Origin: Callorhinchus milii
Lineage: Eukaryota
Reading direction: 5' to 3'
Assembly (NCBI RefSeq): GCF_018977255.1
Contig: NW_024704742.1
Span: forward strand, 56,546,001 to 56,610,000
DNA length: 64,000 bases
Part shown: in pieces, positions 1 through 13,255 of the stretch
Layout of the letters: every line of letters starts with the position of its first letter
Position numbering within the stretch: position 1 is the stretch's first letter
Program-made: the position numbers and the translations under genes
The notes under the pieces: generated by a model
Database searches by the model: none
The model's input: the letters and a program-made list of their open reading frames with translations, nothing else
Told to the model about the DNA's origin: nothing

Positions 1-432
1 GTCCAGAACCTTGGCGTTTGTTTGACCTTCAACTATCCCTTCTACCCCACATCCATGCCATGAGCCGCTCTGCCTTCCCTCACCTCCGAAACATCACCCA
101 CATCCGCCGCTGTCTCGCACCACAGGCCACTGAAACCCTCATACACACTTTCATTACATTGATGCTTGACTATGTAAACTCGTTGCTTGTCGGCCTCCCC
201 AACGCCTCCCTCCGTAGGCTTCAGATCATCTAGAACTCTGAAGCCCGTGTCCTCTCCCGCACCAGGCTCCGCGACCCTATCACCCCCATCCTCGCCCGAC
301 TCCACTGGCTTCCCATCACACAGTTCAAGATCCTGGTCGTCATCTTCAAAGCCCTCCATGGTCTTGCTCCCTCCCACCTCTACTATCCTGCCTGCTCTCT
401 CTGCTCAGTAGGCTCCAGCCTGCTTAACGTCC
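1..432 (+). mobile_element. L2-clade LINE fragment (ORF2 C-terminal region)
   Basis: Degenerate translation HLRNI..IRRCL.PQATETLIHTFI...LDYVNSLLVGLP, homologous to the other L2 copies in the window. Confidence 0.85.
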
Positions 433-1948
433 TTGTGGGTTTATGTTACCTTCAGAGATGTTAGATTAGTAATTGCCAAAGAGAAAGCTATGTTTGTTGG
501 CTGTAAAAATCTAATTGAATACCACATTAAAATTTCTCACATTTTATTAAATGATATTTTTATTATTTTCAATGCTCTGTATACTTCCTTTAAGAACTAC
601 AGAAAATAGGCTTTAAAGTTAGACCAAATTCAATAATGTACCATATGCACCAACACTGAAATGTTATATTAATAGATGAATTTCTACCCAAGGATAGACA
701 TGTCTAAAAGATATGTGTCTAAAATTACTTTAAATTCAATTAAAGGCAAACACATGGGGTCTTTGAAGAGAAGATGCAACCACTTCAAAGTGTTTGAAGA
801 TGCAGCCTGCCTGCGTTGGTTCAGAGAAAGGTAATACTGTTCACTTAACAAATGCTGTAGATGTGGCTATTCTGCAGGTTGACAAAATTTTCAAGATTTA
901 AACAGTATCTTTCTATAAGTAGCTTTAGCAATATTGTAATCCGGGCAATTATCCTTTACTACATCTGAAAGCGAAGAAAAACAACAGCAGGAAAAATGTC
1001 AAATTTTTATTTGTGGACATGCTGATTTATTTGGAATACATGAGTGCCAAGCCTTCAGCCAACATCCCCCCATTCTCTAGAACTCGCTCCCAAAGATCCC
1101 ATCTTGCCTTGCTATATCTCTTTCTCTCTCTGCCTTGAAAAGGCTCCTAAAAACATAATCTTTGACCCATAGACAACACATCTTTCAATTCTCACCCCTT
1201 TACAATTGCTTGGAGATGTTCTGTTATGTGAAAGTTAATAATAAATACATCCTTGCATTTGATCTGGCATCTTTCACGTCAGAAAGACATCACAAAGCGT
1301 TTCTCAGAATTTACAGTTAAGTGTAGTGACCGTGTATTTTGTAGGCAAATATGGTAAATTTTGCCCACAGAAATGTCCCACAAACAGCCACTATGTGAAT
1401 GGCCAATTTTATCTGGGAAATTGTCAGCCAGGACACTGAGAAAAACTCCCTTTATGTTTCCAATAGCCGGAGAATCCTTAGATGGTCTCCGCGTTTCTCT
1501 AGTGCTAGTCCTGAGAGACAAAAACAATATTGTTTTTCAACTGTAAGATGCGTTTTTTGAAGAATTTGAAAGAAAGAAATTAAATGAGCACAAACGGAGG
1601 AAGAACAAGATGGTACAAGAGCAGAGAATTGCTATTCAGGCTGATGGCTTCATTAGAGAAGCAATCACTTACACAAAAACATGCATTATGAGTCGAATAG
1701 TTCCCTGCTATGCAGTAGATTTTGAGTTCTATGGTTTCTATATTTGGATTTTCTGTACAATTGCTCCCAGGCTGTAACTGTGAAGAATAGTGGAGTTGAC
1801 CCAGATATCACAGTGCTACAATCTGGTGGTATTTGCATCATTAATTTCTTTTTTCCACTGTAAACTATTTAACATCTTATCATTGTCACACGTAACCTAA
1901 AAAGGGGTTCGGTGCAAGGGAACTGGTGCCCATCTCCCACTCACCAAG

Positions 1949-3458
1949 TACAACAACAACAACAACCTGGATTTATAAGCGCCCTCCACGCCAGACACCA
2001 TCTCAGAACACTTCACAGTAGCGGATCCCAGGGCCGAGCCAGGGAGAGGGGGAGGAAGGTGACGAAAGGCACGGTCGAAAAGAAAGGTCTTCAGCAGAGA
2101 CCTGAAAATGGGAAGGGAGGGAGCGAGGCGAAGGGAATGAGAAAGGCAGTTCCAGAGCCTCAGGGCATAGTGGTTGAAGGCACGGCCGCCGAGGGTGGAG
2201 CGGAGGACTCGGGGGATGAGGAGGAGGCCAAACCCGGAGGAACGAAGGCAACTGGTACTTGTTTTGAGGAGAGATGAGGTCAGAGAGGTAGGGGGTGCCC
2301 AGGAGTGCAGGGACCTGAATACAAGGGTGAGGATCTTGAAATCGATCCTCTCTGGGACAGGCAGCCAGTGCAGTCTGGCAAGGACTGGGGTGATCGGGGA
2401 GCGGAGTTTCGTGCAGGTGAGAATGTGGGCTGCAGAGTTTTGAATGATTTGGATTTTATGGATGGTTGTGGATGGGAGACCAGTGAGGAGGGCATTGGAG
2501 TAGTCCAGCCGAGAGGTGACAAAGGCATGGACCAGGGTTCCAGCAGCTTTTGGGGAGAGATATTGTCAGAGACGGGCGATGCGTCGGAGGTGGTAGAAGG
2601 CGGTGCTGGTGAGGGACCGGATGTGGGGGAGGAAGGATAATTGGGGTTCGAACCTGACGCCAAGGTTGCATACGGGTTCGGAGAGTTTTAGGAGGAGGTC
2701 GGGTAGGTGGAGGAGGTGAGAGCCGTGAGATTTTAGACGTTGACGAGAGCCAAAGAGTATGGCTTCCGTCTTGTCAACGTTCAGCTGAAGGAGGTTTGCG
2801 CTCATCCAGCCCCTGAGATCTGACCGGCAGGTTGACAGAACATCAGGGGACTGGGGGGTCGCAAAGAGAGGTGGAAAAATAGAGTTGGGTGTCATCTGCA
2901 TACTCCATGTCTGCGGATGACATCCCCAAGAGGGAGCATGTAGATCAGAAACAGGAGGGGGCCAAGGATGGATCCTTGGGGTACCCCGCAGGTGACGGGG
3001 TGAGAGCGAGAGGAGAAGCCATTTGTGCAGATGTACTGTTGGCGGTTTGTGAGGTAGGACTTGAACCAGGCGAGTGTGGTCCCACTGAGGTGGATGATGG
3101 AGGAAAGGCGGTGGAGGAGGATGGCGTGATCGACTGTGTCGAATTCGGCAGAGAGGTCAAGGAGGACAAGGAGGCAGAGGGAGCCCTGGTCACAGATAGA
3201 GAGGATATCGTTTGTGACTTTCACAAGTGCAGTCTCTGTACTGTGGGCAGAGCGGAAACTGGACTGGAGGGGTTCGAAGAGGGAGTGGGAGGAGAGTTGT
3301 GCGCTGAGTTGGTTGGCAACGACCTGAAAATAGGAAGAGAAGGGGTGAGGCGAAGGGAGTGAGGAAGGCAGTTCCAGAGCCTCGGGGCATAGTGGCTGAA
3401 GGCACGGAGGGTGGAGCGGGGGACTCGGGGGACAAGGAGGAGGCCAGACCCGGAGGAA
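1949..3458 (-). mobile_element. 5'-truncated L2 LINE with RT domain, plus an extra copy of its 3' region at 3321-3458
   Basis: RT motifs FRSAHSTETALVKVTNDI, LLDLSAEFDTVDH, GVPQGSILGPLLF, YADD; (CAA)n tail at 1949-1965. Confidence 0.92.
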
Positions 3459-4159
3459 GTAATAATGATCTTGCATTGTTTTGCATAATAAGTATAAGAA
3501 GAACTTGCTTTACTGAAAGGGTATCATAGCTGAGCTAAAGTAATACAGGAGCAACTTCTCAAGACATTTACAGTCATGGCTCAAGTTCGCCTAAAAATAC
3601 ACAGTCATTCCACTTCACAATAGATCCTGTGAAGCGCTTTGAGATGTCTTTGCAACATGAAGAGTGCTGTAATAAATGCCAGGATTATTATAATTAATTT
3701 GATGATGCACTATTCTCCAGTATTTATTAGAAATCCCGCCTATTTGAATGAAACATTTAATGTTGTATTATAAACCGGTGAAGTGTGAAGGAGCCCTTAA
3801 ATATTTTAATATTTTGTATTTCAAAATACACAGTCAATCCTCTCGTCAATATATCCTGCGAAGCGCTTTGAGATGTCTCAACGACACCATAAGGCACTAT
3901 ATCAAATGCAACAATGAACATTATTATTACGTGGGAATAAGAGTATTTCAATGAGATTTTCTTTCTAAGGAGGGTTTCTTGAGCCAATTATCCAAGTGGA
4001 TCCTTTTTTTTAAAAAAAAACTTTTTTGTGGGAAAAGGGAAGCATTTTAAAACGCATCTGACAAAAATGTATTTCCTCCAAAACCCCTCAACCCCCCACC
4101 CCCCACCCACCCCCCACCCACACCCCAAAAAAAAAACCAGAGCACTCAAAACTGCTTAC

Positions 4160-4722
4160 TTTTCGCAGATGCTTTTCACCGAATCGGTATCTGTCAACCA
4201 CTCCTCGCCGATGTCGGGCAAAGTGAACCCATGTTGCTTGTGAGCCAGACTCCACGTCCCGCTGTCTGTCACATAGCCCGAAGGTCTGGCTGAGCTGGAC
4301 ATCGGGCAGCCGCTGGGTGCAGCAGGTCTCACTGCACCGAGGCTGGACAGGCTGCAGCTGGGAGCTGGTCGCACTGTGATCTGCTGGGCAGTGCCAATGC
4401 TGGGTCCAGCTGACTTGGTACCACTGGCAGAAGCCAGGGGAGAGGCACTGGCTTTGACAGCTGCAGGGCTGCCTGGCACAGAGGCAGCGGCAGCAGCAGC
4501 AGCAGCAGCAGCAGTAGGCAGTGCAGACGCTCTCCCTGAGACATGGGTCAGCGAGGAAGTGAGAGGCAGCGTCTTGGACGAAGGTGTGGAGAGCAGCGCA
4601 GCTCCACAGGGCACAGCTGACTGGCCGCTGTTTGAGGAACTGGTTGGAGGGACAACAGGGGAAACAGAGGTCTTGAAAATCTTTGCAAATATGGTTCCTA
4701 AATCCAGGACTGCGAGCTTCAT
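4160..4722 (-). CDS. FAM149A: FAM149A first coding exon (563 nt); remainder of gene lies beyond the left edge of the window
   Basis: MKLAVLDLGTIFAKIFKTS and FTLPDIGEE match my recollection of the human FAM149A N-terminus (MKAAVLDLGSLLAKLFETS...TLPDIGEE). Donor AA|GTAAGC at 4159-4158. Position downstream of TLR3 on the same strand fits known synteny. Confidence 0.88.
4483..4512 (-). repeat. (GCN)10 poly-alanine tract in FAM149A
   Basis: Mostly pure GCT codons, in frame. Confidence 0.85.
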
Positions 4723-4733
4723 TTTTTTTTGTT

Positions 4734-4763
4734 GGGGGGGGGGGGGGTGGGGGGGGGGGGGGG
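4734..4763 (+). repeat. G14-T-G15 homopolymer (poly-C in the FAM149A 5'UTR)
   Basis: Seen directly, 12 nt upstream of the ATG. Confidence 0.9.
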
Positions 4764-5770
4764 TTAATAATAAAAGCAATGAAAAGAAGACAGCCTCTGT
4801 GTTGCAAGAGGCCAGGCCACAGCAGTTGCTGAATGGGGAGGTTTGGTGCCTTCTGACTTCCCCATTAGTTGCAAGAAGAAAGGAAAAATGTCCCTTTTCA
4901 GATCAGTCAGGCGGATTTTACTGAAGGCTGATTTAATGATTTAAGAAAAGCAACAAAAAAAAACACCCCACACGCAGCCCTGCAGGCTGATGCACTGTTA
5001 CAAATACAGCAATGAGGAGGAAATAGCTGCATTCTTCATGCCTGCTCTGCTGGCTGGTTGTGAAGTAATAACTCTCTCTAGCAGCCAAGAACAAAAGATT
5101 GGCATCAGAGCAGTTGGCTGACTGGCATGTCTGTCAGGTGACAGTACGGGTTGCTATGCACAACAAAACCTCTTACTTCTCTGGTTGGTAAGCTTACCAG
5201 TGACTGATGGGAGGTTCTTGTCCAGGCAAGCCAGGAAACTGCAGATTTCTTGGTGCAAATACTCAAGGACTGATGTTCTGCATATACCGTAGAAGCCACT
5301 GTAAACCCCTGCGGTAAATGCCCCAATAAAAGAAGGAATATGTCAAGTATGAATCACTTGATATTCCTCTTCAGTTAGATTTAGTGGAACAAATGCACTC
5401 CCGCACCCAGGAGCTTTCACTCCCACTCCCACCAAGCTCTCTCCAGTCAATTCCCACACTTTATGCCTTCTGTACCACATACCCAAGCACTGTGAACTCA
5501 ACCATTGTTTGTTTAAATACAGTCCTGTAAGCCCTGATTATTTCTACGTACAGTATAAGGAAATAACTAATGCAGCATGTCTCCAGAAAGTAAGAAATAC
5601 TAACATTTATAGACCATTCAAATCTCTTATAGTTTACCAACTTGTTTCAACTCCTCAATGTATTATAGTCTCTTAATCCACAATTAAACAAGTCTTGCTA
5701 CACCTAAAGGCATTCATAGAATCATTCACATGTTCTGAGACTCTACCATGAATAAACGACTTGTATGAAT

Positions 5771-6087
5771 GGAGTCCTGGAGCTCAGTGGTTAGAGCACT
5801 CGCTTTGCAAGCGAGAGACCTGAGTTCAATTCCAGGCACAGGGCGAAACCTTGGGCAAGTTTCCTTACTCCACACGCCTAATAATAATCCCTCCAAAAAA
5901 ACAAAACAATAATAAATTGGTCATTTTCAATCCATGACTGTTTGTGGGACACTGCTGTGCGCAATTGGCTGCCGCGTTCGCCCACAAATATACAGTCAAT
6001 TAACTTTACAGTATATTCTGTGAAGCGCTTTGGGACGTTCTCCCGACGTGAAAAGCGCTATATCAAATGCAAGGATTATTATTATTA
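5771..6087 (+). mobile_element. tRNA(Ala)-derived SINE, short internal variant
   Basis: A box (GCTCAGTGGTTAGAGC), B box (GTTCAATTCC), CCTTGGGCAAGTT core, L2-like tail ending (ATT)n. Confidence 0.9.
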
Positions 6088-6656
6088 AATGTAGGTTGTT
6101 GTTGATTCAGCATTAATGGCCATTTGCTCCTGAAACCAGGGCTGTTATGAAGTCCTCTATTCGCTTGTTTGATCTCAATTTCCTCTTTCCCCATACCATT
6201 TTCTATTGCTCTTTTTTCAAATGTTTATACAATTTCCTTTTGAATTATTATTTATTATAGTAATATTTTAATCTTAAACTGCAATGTCCATGTTTATTTG
6301 TTTTCAGATGCTTCCCACCACATCCAGCTTTATTGATGCCTCCCTGATTTAGATGATCCAGGACACATGCAGGTTGTGACCTATTTTTGTGGATTTTGCT
6401 GCAGACTCTTTCTCTCTTCTCCAAATCTCCTTGCTACAGATTCTCCCTCCCTGCACAGAATATTCTTTTCTCTCCCTCTTCCATCAATAGAAGATGCAAT
6501 TGGCTCTACAGGTAGGACTCCACACCACTTTCACAAGGATCACAGAACACAGTTCTCAGCAAGGTCTTGATTTCAATTGATCTTTGACAAGTTGATCATG
6601 TTTTGGGTTTTAATTACAGTCTAACCTTTTTTCAGCAACCACTAAGGGGACATACA

Positions 6657-6850
6657 TAATAATAATAATCCTTGCATTTGATATAACACCTTATCACTTC
6701 TTCAGGATTTCTCAAAGCGCTTCACAGAATATACTGTAAAGTTAATTGACTGTATATTTTGTGGGCGAATCACAGCAGCCAATTGTGCACAGCAGTGTCC
6801 CACAAACAGTCATGGATTGATTGACCAAATTATTTTTATTATTTTTTTCG
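6657..6850 (-). mobile_element. 3' half of the same SINE family
   Basis: Reverse complement of the SINE tail (aataataatccttgcatttgatat...gtcccacaaacagtc). Confidence 0.85.
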
Positions 6851-9163
6851 GAGGAATGGAGCTCAGCCTTATGCTCATTGGAGTGTCAGCTGGAATGGTG
6901 AGCAAAAGATCCAATGAGTTTCCTGGGTGATCTTCAGCTGAGGTGCCAGTTATAAAAGGTTGCTCATCTTTCAGGGATTTAGTTTCAGACAGGGAGATTG
7001 TCACCTGTGAAGAAAGGAAGCACTGAAAGATGAGAAGGATGAATAGCAATAGGAATAATTTGCTTCTCTTAATTATGGAGTCCTCATTTAACAGCTCAGT
7101 TGTAAATGAATTTGCCTATTTTTAAATACACTCCCTAGAGTGGTACACTGGTATATATGTACCAGTTTGACTAATATTTTTAAATGCTAATTCACATTTT
7201 ACATCTGGCACAGTACAAAGGCTTGAAAGTTTTTTTTTATATACATAATTAAGACAATTGAACTGTGTGTCACTGGGCTATGGAAGGGAAAAGCACCCAC
7301 TGGTTTCTACTATTGGTACTGAACTGTCAGCCCAAATCAGTTGGAAGCTCTCTTGCCACTGAGTTAGAAGACTATGGATTCAACCCCCAGATTGGGCCTT
7401 TGGACTCATATAGTCTAGTCTATAATGATAGCAAAAAAACATCAAGAACAATTTGTATTTCACAAAGTGTAGGATGTGATAAAGAAAAAATGCTGCTTGG
7501 CAGTCAATATAGTAATGTAATAACAAAACATTTAAAATTGGCTATTTCTGTCTTTGCCTTGGAACTTTCCTTTGGAACAGCATGCCATTATACAATATTA
7601 AGGTGGATGGACAACAACAACAAAATACATTTGTATAGCACCTTTCACATCAGGAGTATGTCCCAAGGACATATATCACAGACCCTATCAGAAAGACGTG
7701 GAAAGTTAACTCAGTCATTAATCCAGAGGTCCAATGTGGCTATTCTGTAAGGTGGATAACAAAATCATCAGTGGACCAGCAGAAATTCCAAATTGTTCAG
7801 TTTACACCTCAATGAACCATCAAACAAACATGGCTACAAGACGGCCTGCCCAGTTTGTATTTGCTCTGCAAACACAAGTCATCTGAAACAGATTTATACT
7901 GTATATTTGGATTGCTATAGCATCTGAGAGAAGAAATTAAAACCATGGCCAAAACTGTTATCACAAAAAACATGGGTGTTATTGCAACAATTATATGTCC
8001 ACAGTGTTCACAGCATTTCAACTAAATTAACATTAAAACACAATTTATATTATGCTTCAGATATAATCTGATAGCAACAAAAAGCCACTCCTTTGTCCGA
8101 AGCTTTTTTTTATATATGCATGTAGTGGCTTGTTGAATCAATCATTGCGTTGCAGATTGATCACACGGCTTGACAGTTACAACAGGTTTAACAGCAAGAC
8201 TTACACTTGGAATCTGTAGAATCATGCTGTAAATATGCCGAGTCTTTGTTTCATAGAATTGCAATATGTAATTTAAGCGATATTCATTTCCAATATTTAC
8301 TCAAGCAAGGTTCATGAAGAGTGTCATTGTTCCGAAAGGTTTCCGCAATTGATTACATTTGGGGTGGGTTTCAGAGTCAGGACCTTGCATATTATACACT
8401 TATTTGATTTGATCAGTAATAAATAGGCAGCAAAAGTAATGCACCACAGCAAACATTTGTTGAGAAATCTCCTCTATTACAGAAATACAGATCACATTAA
8501 TCTGCTGATTAGCCTGGATTTCAGTTCTACTGAACAAAAAAAATCCAAGTGAAGTTGCGATATTGCTCACGCGCCATACAATATTGCAGCCTGGAGATGG
8601 AAGTCAAATGTGAGACATGACTGTCTTCTTGGTATGGCAATTGAGAAGCTTATCAGGGGTGGAGGGGGTGTGGAGGGTAAGAGTCCAACTCCAGCACACC
8701 CTGCCACCTGTCAACATTAAATATTAAAAGGTTCCAAAATTCAATATGTGTTGTAAAGGTCTGACTTGCCCTACATTCAAGGTAGAGCTTCACTACTGAG
8801 ATAATATATCAATGTCAACTGGATACTCTTAAGCATGGTGATGGGTTTGCGCATGTGTTAGACACCAGGCTGACAAAAAAACAGATGAATAAGAAATAAA
8901 TAGAGCGCTATAAGAATAAATTTTTTATTGTATTATAAATAAATAGTCTTGTCAGTGTTGCCCTAACAGGAGTCATTAACACAAATGACCAGCTACAAAC
9001 AGAGAATCCTATCAGGAACTCCACTGTCAGAAACCCTGGTTGCAGATGTAAATTGAAAAGTTCCCTATGGTTTCTGACAAAACTCATTTGCAACTCAGTC
9101 TATAATAATGACTTCTGTTACAGATTGTTGCAAATTCGACTACATTGTCAGGCAATAGTCTAG

Positions 9164-9330
9164 TCAATTTGGAAGCAGCTCTCGTCTCTGAATGAGAACA
9201 TTGTGGACTAAAGCTTCACTTCGAGACTTTGAATTGAAAGGATAGGTTGATGGTTCAATAAAGAGTGTGGCATTGTCGGGGTTGCTGTTGTTTAGATGAG
9301 ACATTAAACTGAGGACCCATCTGTTTTTTG
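9164..9330 (-). mobile_element. Degenerate Deu-domain SINE pieces (mixed orientation)
   Basis: Similarity to the DeuSINE head (ctctgaatgag, 9187) and to the domain motif agatgagacattaaactgagg (9295-9315). The latter reads on the + strand, so orientation is uncertain. Confidence 0.45.
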
Positions 9331-9384
9331 AGTGCACACGTCCTGCAGCTGAATGTGTACAAGGCTTCACTGATCTGAATGCCT

Positions 9385-10085
9385 CAACCTCCCTGGGCTC
9401 TCCCTCAGTCTCACCGAACCAGTGCGCAATCTAGGCAGCCGATTCGACCCCGCAGCTGTTTTTCCTCCCCCACGTCAGGTCCCTGACCAGGACCACCTTC
9501 TTTCACCTCCATCACATTGCCCACTTTCGACCGTACCTTACCCCAAATGCAACCAAAACCCTCGTGCATGCATTTGTCACCTCCTGCTTGGATTATTCAA
9601 ACTTGCTGGTCTCCCCAGCTTCACTATTCAAAAGATCCAACTCATTCAGAATTCTGCTGCCCGCATACTTACCCCAACCAAACTGCATACCCACATCTCA
9701 CCAGTTCTGGCCAAGCTCCACTGGCTCCCATCACCGAATGGATCGGCTTCAAGACCCTCACACTCATGGTCAAATCCCTTCACTCCCTGGCACCTCCCTA
9801 CCTCTCCGACCTTCTCACTCCCCAATTCACACCCAGCACTTCCTCTCGACTGGCACCAGCCTCCTGCTTCTCCCTCGCACCCTTTGCTCTACCATTGGAG
9901 GTCGCGCTTTCAGCCACTGCGGAGCAAAGCTCTGAAATACTCCCCTCAATCCCTCCTCCTTGCCCCTTCTCTCCCCTTTTCAAGTCCCATCTGAAAACCT
10001 TCCCTTTCGACCGTACGTCCGCCCCAACCCTTCCACCCCCAGCTCGGAGTCAGGCTCCGCCACTCTGAAATGCTTTCCTATTTGA
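9385..10085 (+). mobile_element. L2 LINE 3' fragment
   Basis: HAFVTSCLDYSN, IQNSAARILT, LAKLHWLP motifs across frameshifts. Confidence 0.88.
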
Positions 10086-12259
10086 AAAAGAGAAGAGTTC
10101 CTTTTGGTATAACAATCCCTCAAATAGAATTGATGATGCATGAGTGTTTACAGGACATTGCTGTGTGCAAATTGGCTGCCACCTTTGCCAACAAAAATAC
10201 AGTCACAGCACTTCACACTGTGAAGTACTCTGAAAGGTCCTCATGACATGATACTTACTATTTCAAATGCGAGGATTATTATTTTACAGCCACATTGATT
10301 GGTGAACATTTAACTGATTTAAAAAGGTTGCAAGATCAAGAGTTTGATATAATATGAATTTTTAACACATTTGTTTCACAAATTGATAGGAGCCATTCAC
10401 ATCACTGTGCATGCAATTGACTTGAGCTCCATTATTCCTGTCCATTAGGTTGCAACACACATTTAAACTGAGATATTTAAATGGGTTTGCCCTAAGAGCT
10501 CTTTGGCAATCCTGACACCCAGGTGCTCGAGTTAGCAAGGTGAGTGCTCTAACCACTTGTTTAATTTTTGCTCATAAATCGTTCCTCTAGTAATGGTCAT
10601 AATCCTCAATACTCTCCTCCACACTACCTCAAAGTGATATCAGTTTGTAAAAGATTTTCTCAAACAATAATTTGTCAAACATCTTTTGGAAGTTGAGGAA
10701 CACTATATCACATGGCTTCGCACAATCTATTTGGGATGTCACCTCCTCCAAAACGTTTGAAAAAGATTCCTTGCCAAATGGATACATGCTTAATATCTTG
10801 TGAATTACTTTGATAAAAACACATACCTCACTGACAATAATGAGGTGTGCTTTTCATAAAGTTTATATGCAGTAAAGTTAGAGTAATGCTGGAAATCAAA
10901 AAAGTGTTAATTGCAAATGTGACGTATAACTAATTTATTGAAAGAGTGGGAATCCGCTCTATGAGCAGAGCTGCCTAAAGCATCAAATATAACTGGGCAC
11001 TACATCTTAAAATAAATATAAAGTCTATCAAAGTATAGAGTGAACGAGAGAGATCAATAGATGGAGTTACTTACTTGCAGGTGTCACAAAAACAGCAGGG
11101 ATGTAAAAAAGTTTGATTTTCAGACAAATAGTGTTTGCGCTATAATGTTGATGCCATGAATATGAGATTATAATTGAGGAGAAGCAGTGAACATTGAATT
11201 TAAACTGATCACAGCTCGAACATGTTGTGGAGTAAGAAAACTTGCCAACTGAACTGCCTTGCTCAATCATCAGTCTTAATTGCACGCAGACAGTTGGCTA
11301 ATTTTCATACCGCGGTGAGGGAGAATCTTTCATCTCCCCCACATTTCGAGTGAAATTGCTTGCGAGGATTCCAAAAGTTCAAAGGACAATCTCATTCAGT
11401 CAGGATTGGCAAAACAGCAATGTGGGTAATGACTGGTAGCAACTATACTGTTCCTCCCAGCTCTTGCTGCCAAGATTCCATGCAGAGCAGAACACTTTGA
11501 AGTGATAATGCATTCTCTCCTTGCTATCTTGCTAGTAATAAATCTGAACAGCTAATCACAGATCTTGGCATATAACTATACTTTAATGCAGTTGTTCCAG
11601 TGATTCACAGAATCCAGCTACGTCATTCATACAAAATGCCTTTATTTACTGCAAATGTGTAGGAGGGGAAAACACTGAAAATAGAGAACCTTTTGACAAT
11701 AATCAGGAACTATGCCAGTCATTTCACAAGCATTAACATCCCTATCACATTACCTGTTGAAAGAGTGTTACCTTCTGAGTTCTCTGGTACACAGAATCAG
11801 CTAGTCAAAACTGCACAGAAAAATGGTTCCAGCAGGGTACACACTTTTAGCTCTGTCAGGATAATACATTTGAGAACCAGAAATCTGTAGTTAATATCAC
11901 CATTGTTCCCACATATCCGACATACAAGTGATGAAAGGCATAACACAGTTGACACAGTTCCAAAAAGAACACAAAGTGCCTGAATGCCAACTGACATGGA
12001 TGTTTTGATTAAATGGAATTTCACATTTTTCATCCTGGAGTGTCCAGTGAAGCAAAAAAGGTCACGTACTCCATGGCAACAGAATGCAAGACTGGTGGCA
12101 GCATGACACACGCATATACACCCACTGTTTCACAGTCAGGAAGCTGATCAGTGTGCCTGTACCATTTGACAAATCTAATCAGTAGATGACATTCAACTTT
12201 CAGCCAAATCACCGTAGTTGCATGTATATATGGAAGCAAATCCAGAACGATACTTTGTA

Positions 12260-12490
12260 GACAGTAGAACAAGAGGGCATAGGTTTAGAGTTGTAATGGG
12301 CAATTTCAGGACAGATCCCAGAATGCTTTTCTTTACCTAGAGGGTAATTAACGCTGTAATAAATTGTCAGGAAGGGTGGTTGAGGCCAGGACACTGGATT
12401 CATTTAATAAAAAGTAGTTTGATGCTGTGGTAAGAGAACAGTAGGATGGACATTCTGGAGCAATGAGATCACATGGGCCGAAGGACTTTC
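12260..12490 (+). mobile_element. CR1 LINE 3' fragment, degenerate
   Basis: gaacaagagggcatagg...gagggtaattaac...gggtggttgaggc, typical of the CR1 ORF2 C-terminus. Confidence 0.6.
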
Positions 12491-12885
12491 TTTATCCAAA
12501 CTAAACTTGTGATCATATATTATTAGTGTTAAATACCATTCAAATGTTTCACAACTAGGTTTATTTTAGAAATGCACAAATGCAACATGCTTACAAATAC
12601 ACAAAAGCTACCAGTAATCTTCCCCTCCCCCAACCCTATTCAGCTCTCTCCTCCCCGCCCAGGTACCCAGCCACCTGTGTAAGCACTTAAATACATTCTC
12701 TTGTTATGAAAGCAAAATATCAAATGTAAGGATAATTATTATTATTAATGCAGTTTAAATCACTCTGTAGAGTTAGTTTCTAAGTGGTTTTCAGTGGTGG
12801 GTCAGCTAGACACTTTCAGTTGTAGTACTATTGACTGTGTAGATATTACTATGGTCAGTTTCTCTTAATTCTGCGCATTACCAGT

Positions 12886-13253
12886 GGAGTCCTGCAGCTT
12901 AGTGGTTAGAGCACTTGCCTCGCAAGCGAGAGAACTTGTGTTCAATTCATGGCAGGGCGAAATGTTGGGCAAGTTTCCTTACTCCACCCACCTCCGTTTA
13001 CCTAGCAGCAAGTAGGAACTTGGTTGTAAGTCGATTGGCAGATCTTTTATACGAGGCTAATAATTACTTCAAAATAAAAATAATTTAGTCACTCAAACCA
13101 CAACTGTTTGTGGGACACTGCTGTGCATGATTAGCTGCCTCATTTCACCCCAAAATATACAGTTAATTCGCTTTATAGTATATTCTGTAAAGCGCTTTGA
13201 GACGTCTCAAAGACGTGACAAGGCGCTATGTCAAAAGCAAGAATTATGATTAT
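12886..13253 (+). mobile_element. tRNA(Ala)-derived SINE, long variant
   Basis: GGAGTCCTG head, core segment, shared 3' tail. Confidence 0.9.
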
Positions 13254-13255
13254 CC

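Noticed and set aside
4088..4924. Cys-rich 239-aa, Leu-rich 71-aa and antisense 182-aa ORFs
   Set aside because: Alternative frames or antisense of the GC-rich FAM149A exon; the poly-Cys and poly-Leu runs come from the (GCT)n repeat.
7265..7750. 161-aa ORF
   Set aside because: No recognisable motif; includes TE tail sequence at about 7610-7670.
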